This document shows, piece by piece, positions 58,511-64,000 of a DNA stretch of 64,000 nucleotides. The stretch covers positions 736,001 through 800,000 of the forward strand of contig OZ244650.1 in assembly GCA_965218785.1 (NCBI GenBank), in the 5' to 3' direction. The notes beneath the pieces were generated by a model. That model was given only the letters and a program-made list of their open reading frames with translations, searched no databases and was not told where the DNA came from. How positions within the stretch are numbered: position 1 is the stretch's first letter; each line of letters starts with the position of its first letter. This DNA is from Nitrosopumilus sp. GTDB lineage: Archaea > Thermoproteota > Nitrososphaeria > Nitrososphaerales > Nitrosopumilaceae. Made by a program: the position numbers and the translations under genes.

Positions 58511-58792
58511 TGTGTGCTGGGAGTAACCCTCCTTCTGTTTTCACGATATTTCGCTTTGCAGCCTACCTGAACTTGGTACAGGAACCTCTAGTTCTGTTTG
58601 GCCTTGCTCCATGCGGGTCGGCTTTTTTCATTCCTTTTATGGAAATCTCAGGTTTTGCCATCATTGTGCGCCATATTGGATTTTTTTCTGCTCCGTTGCC
58701 AACCATCTCTGGTTATCCATCTCCGGATCGCATTTCCTGTATGGAGGGAGGAGTTTCCTCTGCCGTAGCAGCGTGTCGTGCTCCAGCTCACA
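58511..58792 (-). ncRNA. rnpB: RNase P RNA
   Basis: Minus strand has GAGGAAACTCC (CR-I), GAGCAAGGCCAAAC (CR-IV region), AACAGAAGGAGGGTTACT (CR-V); ends TGTGAGCTGGAG and CTCCCAGCACACA can pair as P1. Confidence 0.93.
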
Positions 58793-58802
58793 TTATACCA
58801 TT

Positions 58803-59450
58803 TCATCTCTTGGATTTGAGTATTGCCCGGGGTTTTGTGCCTGTTATAAATAATGTTCCAAACTCCCTCTTCCACTTTTTCCTGCTTTTCAAATCTTTGA
58901 TGTGTTTTGTTCTGACACCAAAGCCTGCATTTTGAAATAATGTCCTCCATTCCTTTTTTGAATGCAGGTGCATCTGTATCTTCATAACATCTGCCCATCT
59001 TGCAGTTGCCTTGTTATCTGTGTAAAAATCAGTTCCACAAAAAAACATCCCGCCTGGTTTTAACAGCCTGTATATTTTTTCAAGTGCCGCCTTGATGGAA
59101 TCTGCATAATAAAGCGACTCCATTGAAAAGATAAAATCAAACCCTCTCCTGTACTTCATTGACTCTATATCCGTATGAAAGAACTCCTCTTTGCTGCTGA
59201 GTATCTTCTTTTTAGACTGTATGATCATCTTTTTGCTTTTATCAATGCCTATGACTTTTTTGCAATTTTTTTCCTGGGCAATCTTTCTTACAACCCATCC
59301 ATTCCCGCACCCTACATCAAGAAAGGTAAACGGTACATCAAATGATATGGTCTGTAAAAACCTTGCAACGTTTTTGCCGTGCTCTGTCTCCATCAACTCC
59401 GCCCTGCCGTTTTGAGCCCATACATCAAATGTCTTTCTGACTGTATCCAT
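58803..59450 (-). CDS. Class I SAM-dependent methyltransferase
   Basis: FLDVGCGNG, IGID, FSMESLYY, LKPGG. Confidence 0.93.
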   Translation of the reverse strand: MDTVRKTFDVWAQNGRAELMETEHGKNVARFLQTISFDVPFTFLDVGCGNGWVVRKIAQEKNCKKVIGIDKSKKMIIQSKKKILSSKEEFFHTDIESMKYRRGFDFIFSMESLYYADSIKAALEKIYRLLKPGGMFFCGTDFYTDNKATARWADVMKIQMHLHSKKEWRTLFQNAGFGVRTKHIKDLKSRKKWKREFGTLFITGTKPRAILKSKR

Positions 59451-59768
59451 GATTCCTGAATATTTTATTTACATTATAATCTTCGTCTTGCATGTCTTTG
59501 CTGGGTGGCTTTACCTTCATCCTCTTTGATTTTGCCTTTTTGATGCATGGGATCGGTTTTCTGCCATGGTGAGACAAACGCCTCTGATACAATGCGGTGT
59601 GAATAGCCAATAAAATTATTCAGTTAATTGATGTGATGTGACATATGATGCATCTTTTGCAGTCTGCCAGATTCTAAAAGGTGGTGTTGCCATTGATATG
59701 TGTGGTGCTTACCCTCAAATTCATAGGAATTAATATCTGATTAATTCTTAATAATGTAATTATTTACA

Positions 59769-60176
59769 TCATTGAGAATTATGATGTTTAGAGCCTATAT
59801 CACGAAAAACATATGCAATTATGAGCCAAAAAATCAAATTTGAAATTACCAATATTATTGGAATTGTAAACCAATCATATTGATGCAAACCCCTTTCAAA
59901 ATAAAATGGCATATACAACAAACCATCTATCCCAAGTGGTATAAAATTAAAGAAAAGCCATACGTGAAAAAGAAAATCCCCTCTATCAAGTATGGGAATA
60001 TTGATTATTTCAAATCGAATAATTGAAAATAAAATTCCTTGAAGCGGTAATACTGTAAATAATAGAATTTTCTTTGGATTCCAAATAAAAAAGAGATTTA
60101 GAAATATCATGCTGGATGTAAAATTCAAAGTATGATATACATCAACTGTTATCTGAATCAATCCTGCGATCTTCAT
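59769..60176 (-). CDS. AT-rich multi-pass membrane protein
   Basis: 135 aa, about four hydrophobic segments. Confidence 0.6.
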   Translation of the reverse strand: MKIAGLIQITVDVYHTLNFTSSMIFLNLFFIWNPKKILLFTVLPLQGILFSIIRFEIINIPILDRGDFLFHVWLFFNFIPLGIDGLLYMPFYFERGLHQYDWFTIPIILVISNLIFWLIIAYVFRDIGSKHHNSQ

Positions 60177-60278
60177 GTGTAACTTCCTGTCTCATGGATG
60201 ATCTCATGACTAGGCACGTAATCCCCATATCGTTTAGTATGATTACTGCATAAGTTTTAAGTAAGACAAGCATCGTTT

Positions 60279-63242
60279 TTGATCTTTGTGAGACAAATTT
60301 CAATATTATTTGGCGTAATTGCGCTTCTTTTGATACCTGCGTATGCATCTGCCCAATCCCCTGACAGAATCACGGTTTTAGATACTTTTGGCACTTATGT
60401 TGAGGGTGAACCACTGTTCATTTATGGACAAGTTGCAAGCATCGTTGATGACTCTTTTCTAATAATGCAGATTATTAATCCACAAGAGGATTTGTGTCAA
60501 ATCCAGCAGATCACGCCACTGCCAAACGGCGTCTTTATCACAGATGTGATTCCGCTAAAAGGCAGAATCTGCGGCCTTCCTGGCGAATACGAGGTCAGGT
60601 TATTCTACGGTGATTACTCCAAATCTACGATCTTTAACGTCACTCCCGGTCCCTTTTTGGGACCAAACGATTTTGAAAAGATCTTCCTGGCACAAAACCT
60701 GATACTTGCCCATCAATCCATAATTGATGAGGCACTTGACATTTCATCCCCTGTAACGGAGCTATCCGATGATGATTTATCTGCGTTGGAAACTGTCTTT
60801 GTTGATTTATGGGACGGATTCTTCGCCGATGAACTGCTTTTTGAGGTAGACCCGCTAATACGACCTGCCATCTCTTCGTCACTAGAATCCGTGCAGCAGC
60901 TGCTAGATAACGATGAGATATCCTTTGAGATTGCAGAATCCATTGACCGCAGAATTTTTACAGCTGTATTTTATTATGAGATTGGCGATAAATCCCAGTC
61001 TGTTGGCCTGCTAACTGATGCATTTGTTGATATAAGAAATGCAAATCCTGAAAAAACGACCCTGCCAGTCCTGACATTTGATCAACTAGAAACAACATTG
61101 CTAAACCTGATGAAAAAATCTGACACCGTAATGAGCAGAGACGTCAAACATGAAATTGCGTTTATCTTTGCTCGAGGAACAGCCCCCGTCTACTCTGATG
61201 AAATCCCCCAACTCATAGACATTCTTTCAAAATCCCGATATCTTGATGTTGTTTCAAGAAAAGACAGTGATCTTTACAGGCTCGTCAACAACAACTGGGA
61301 GTTTCTAAAGCCGTCCCTGCAGGAGAAAGAATCCATTGAGGAACTACTTGCCTCCAGTGCAGATGTCTCAAAGTTACACACCGCTGCAATACTCTTGCGG
61401 GAACTAGACGGTGTTGGAAGATTCATCCTCGCTGATTCTGAGGAAAACAGCGAGCTTGCCAACCTCTTGGTGCCTGACTGGGATGATCTACAGTCTGATT
61501 TGACACTGGCAACTTCAGTCGATGATATCCTGGAAGCTGAATCTGAAATTCATCAGATGAGCCAGATTATAGACATCTCGGCGCGAATTAGCGCAAGTGT
61601 TAAGATTTCACAATCCAACAATGTCAACTCTGCAGTCATCTCTGACTGGGAATCACTCTTGGAACGTGTTGAAAACGCCCAGTCTACAGATGAGATACTG
61701 GAAATTGTTTCTGCCTTTGACCAGTCAATGACTGAACTCAGGGAAAAACGAAATCCTTTGACTTTGTTGGAATTTCAGTATGGCACCCTAAAGGACAGGG
61801 CTGAAATTCAGGCAGACTATGAAAATCTGGTTCTAATTAATAACGCATTGAAAATTTTGAATACCGCCAAACAGATGGAATCTGGCAATCCGTCTATTAC
61901 CCGAATTGACAGGATTGAGGTATTGCTGACCTGGGCTAGCGAAACTGCACCCAAGATAAAGTCAGACTTGGATTCCTACAACAAGGACACATCGAAAATC
62001 CGCGCAAGTGACATCCTACAGCGAGCACAATCACTTGAGAATCTAGTCGATCTGAGTCTGACAAAGAACAGATTCCTGCCAAACTATGTCGCATTCACCG
62101 AAGATTTCAGCGAAAAGATTGCCGTTGTAAGGGATCTCGTAATTAAGAAAGATCTAGATTTTGCCAATACAATGGTTGAGGATCTGTTTGATGAATGGGT
62201 TCTTGTTTCAACTGCATATGCTAATAATCCCGACGGCTCCAAGGTTGGATACAACGTCGATGAGATAAAACGTATTGAATTCCGTGAAAAACTATCTGCA
62301 TACTCTGATACGGTCTCCAATTTCCGCAACAGCGGATTTGACGAACATGCAAGCGAGTACCACAAGCTGATGGATGAGGCGTATGAGTTAATTGAGATTG
62401 CAAATTTTGTTGATGTTGAATCGCATATTAAAAAGATCGGCGATTACCTCAGCGAGCATCTGACGCTGCGTGCTGATAATATAATCTTTGATCTGTCATT
62501 TGATGCTGAAAAAGACATCTGGATTATAAACGGCGCCACTGAAAAATCCCGCTTTGAGTCTCGAGAAAACCTCTATGTCACTGTTTACAAAATGGATGGC
62601 AGCACCCACAGCAGTTTGAAATTTACTGATACCAGACAGGGGAATTTCTACACCCAGTGGAACGCGCCGACTGATCCCGGTCTTTACGTCGTATCCCTGC
62701 AGTATCTAAACTCAAAGGCCACGCAGATTGCATACATTGAGGAAGAATTCACCACCGAATACGCCCAGCCTGACTTGGATGCGGCCAAACAGTCCCGCGT
62801 GTTTGACGAGTTAAGGTCGTTTGCCAAAGAATTTGGCGGTGCCAACTTTGATAATAATCCCAGGATCACATCCATCATTAATGAAATAAAATCAGGGATT
62901 GCAGATAAAAACACCCAAAAGGTAAAAAACAGCCTAGATGAATTAAGAAAGAACATTGAACGATACCTGCCAATAAGGGATCCTTCTGCCCCCATTGAGG
63001 CAGCGTATGATGGAAACAAGCTTGTCATAACCGGACGCGTTCTAAAGGCAGTCGAATTCAGCGAGGATCTCTTCATTGACGTATATGATCAGCAGGGCGA
63101 TCTTGTAAAGGCGATTGCCCTCAGAGACGATCCTACTGGACTCTTCAACGAGGTAGTCTCAGAGCCCTTTGACACGGGCATCTATGTCGTCAGATTACAA
63201 TATCACGATCTAGTGGTAACTGACTTTTTCAATGTGCCGTAG
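60279..63242 (+). CDS. Large secreted acidic protein
   Basis: 987 aa; signal peptide ending AYASA; beta-rich ends (PGEYEV, PGLYVV, TGIYVV) around a long helical core. Confidence 0.85.
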   Translation: MIFVRQISILFGVIALLLIPAYASAQSPDRITVLDTFGTYVEGEPLFIYGQVASIVDDSFLIMQIINPQEDLCQIQQITPLPNGVFITDVIPLKGRICGLPGEYEVRLFYGDYSKSTIFNVTPGPFLGPNDFEKIFLAQNLILAHQSIIDEALDISSPVTELSDDDLSALETVFVDLWDGFFADELLFEVDPLIRPAISSSLESVQQLLDNDEISFEIAESIDRRIFTAVFYYEIGDKSQSVGLLTDAFVDIRNANPEKTTLPVLTFDQLETTLLNLMKKSDTVMSRDVKHEIAFIFARGTAPVYSDEIPQLIDILSKSRYLDVVSRKDSDLYRLVNNNWEFLKPSLQEKESIEELLASSADVSKLHTAAILLRELDGVGRFILADSEENSELANLLVPDWDDLQSDLTLATSVDDILEAESEIHQMSQIIDISARISASVKISQSNNVNSAVISDWESLLERVENAQSTDEILEIVSAFDQSMTELREKRNPLTLLEFQYGTLKDRAEIQADYENLVLINNALKILNTAKQMESGNPSITRIDRIEVLLTWASETAPKIKSDLDSYNKDTSKIRASDILQRAQSLENLVDLSLTKNRFLPNYVAFTEDFSEKIAVVRDLVIKKDLDFANTMVEDLFDEWVLVSTAYANNPDGSKVGYNVDEIKRIEFREKLSAYSDTVSNFRNSGFDEHASEYHKLMDEAYELIEIANFVDVESHIKKIGDYLSEHLTLRADNIIFDLSFDAEKDIWIINGATEKSRFESRENLYVTVYKMDGSTHSSLKFTDTRQGNFYTQWNAPTDPGLYVVSLQYLNSKATQIAYIEEEFTTEYAQPDLDAAKQSRVFDELRSFAKEFGGANFDNNPRITSIINEIKSGIADKNTQKVKNSLDELRKNIERYLPIRDPSAPIEAAYDGNKLVITGRVLKAVEFSEDLFIDVYDQQGDLVKAIALRDDPTGLFNEVVSEPFDTGIYVVRLQYHDLVVTDFFNVP

Positions 63243-63246
63243 CACT

Positions 63247-64000
63247 TCATCTCCCCCCTACCAGGCTGAAGAGCTGCCGTACTGCCAGTTTTGGATGCCG
63301 TGTTGCCAGTTTTATCATGTTGGCCAGTCCAAAGTCTGCCTTTATAAAATCCAGAAATTCCTTTGAATTTAATTCCTTGATAATCTCCAGCTCGCCGTCC
63401 CATTCCTTATCTGATAATCCAATCCATCTGTCCTGAACCTTTCTGGCCGAATTTATCTTTGATTCAACTGCCTTTCTCCAGATCTTTTCATATGGATAAA
63501 GTGATTCCCTGTCTGTTTTTCCAGACAGTATGGCCTTTGAGGCGACATCTCCTGCAACCCTTCCAAATTTTATCGCGTATCTTATTCCCTCCAAAACAAG
63601 CGGATTTGCCTGCCCTGCCGAATCGCCAACTAACATCAGATTGTTAAAAACCGTCTTTCTTGAGAGCCCGTCATTTGGAATCAGCCCGTAATGAAATTCA
63701 ATGGGTGTCATCTCTCCGAGTTTCTTTATCGGACCAAGCCTTGCATCCATTATTTCTTTGAGTCTCTGTGTTGGATCCACTCCTGACTCTGGCTTTCCTA
63801 TGCCGACTCCGATTCTTACAGTGCTGCCTCCTACGGGAAAAATCCACGCATATCCTGCAGGGGAATACTGCTGCCCCACCATCAGCCACCATGTATGGGG
63901 ATCTACATTCTCTGCCTTTACTTCATATTCTGCACCTGCCCCAAATCTTTTCCACTGTGTTGCAAACCCCATCGCCTTGCACACCGTTGAGGGAAACCCG
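63247..64000 (-). CDS. Digeranylgeranylglycerophospholipid reductase (geranylgeranyl reductase family), 5' end outside window
   Basis: PAGYAWIFP, RIGVG, LVGDSAGQANPLVLEGI. Confidence 0.9.
   Translation of the reverse strand, partial: GFPSTVCKAMGFATQWKRFGAGAEYEVKAENVDPHTWWLMVGQQYSPAGYAWIFPVGGSTVRIGVGIGKPESGVDPTQRLKEIMDARLGPIKKLGEMTPIEFHYGLIPNDGLSRKTVFNNLMLVGDSAGQANPLVLEGIRYAIKFGRVAGDVASKAILSGKTDRESLYPYEKIWRKAVESKINSARKVQDRWIGLSDKEWDGELEIIKELNSKEFLDFIKADFGLANMIKLATRHPKLAVRQLFSLVGGR

Noticed and set aside
58510-58998. ORFs 58510..58935, 58611..58853 and 58648..58998
   Set aside because: They overlap the RNase P RNA and the methyltransferase and are shadow ORFs.
1-64000. Many 60-150 aa ORFs antisense to or nested in core genes; tRNA genes
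   Set aside because: The shadow ORFs have no motifs and overlap well-supported genes. No cloverleaf with a T-loop consensus was seen by eye; tRNAscan-SE would settle this.

Overview
This 64-kb window looks like chromosome from an ammonia-oxidising archaeon (Nitrososphaerota/Thaumarchaeota, Nitrosopumilaceae-like). The assignment is inferred from gene content: archaeal TFB, NreA, cofC/cofD, geranylgeranyl reductase, the meaB-mcm-mce part of the 3HP/4HB cycle, ppdK and phaEC. The window opens in the 3' end of 23S rRNA and contains the RNase P RNA gene (about 58511-58792, minus strand). The core backbone is interrupted by four accessory patches. (1) About 0.25-6.1 kb after the rRNA: a 27-bp VNTR, IS630/IS66 remnants, a PepSY-like/PaREP1 pair and an orphan AbiEi-like gene. 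(2) About 33.9-35.4 kb: a PD-(D/E)XK-wHTH-MNT fusion and a frameshifted HEPN gene. (3) About 44.4-48.9 kb, between methylmalonyl-CoA mutase and epimerase: a solo Cas4-like nuclease, a translationally coupled PIN-led operon of small ORFs and a divergent CARF-like (DUF6293/HFX_2341-type) HTH regulator. This is the best candidate for an undescribed system. (4) About 53.2-55.3 kb: a Panacea antitoxin and membrane partner between two decayed IS elements. A PHA granule cluster, a repeat-expanded surface metalloprotease and a membrane protein with a metallothionein-like tail are also notable. No CRISPR array or tRNA was seen. All family calls come from motif recognition by eye, not from database searches.
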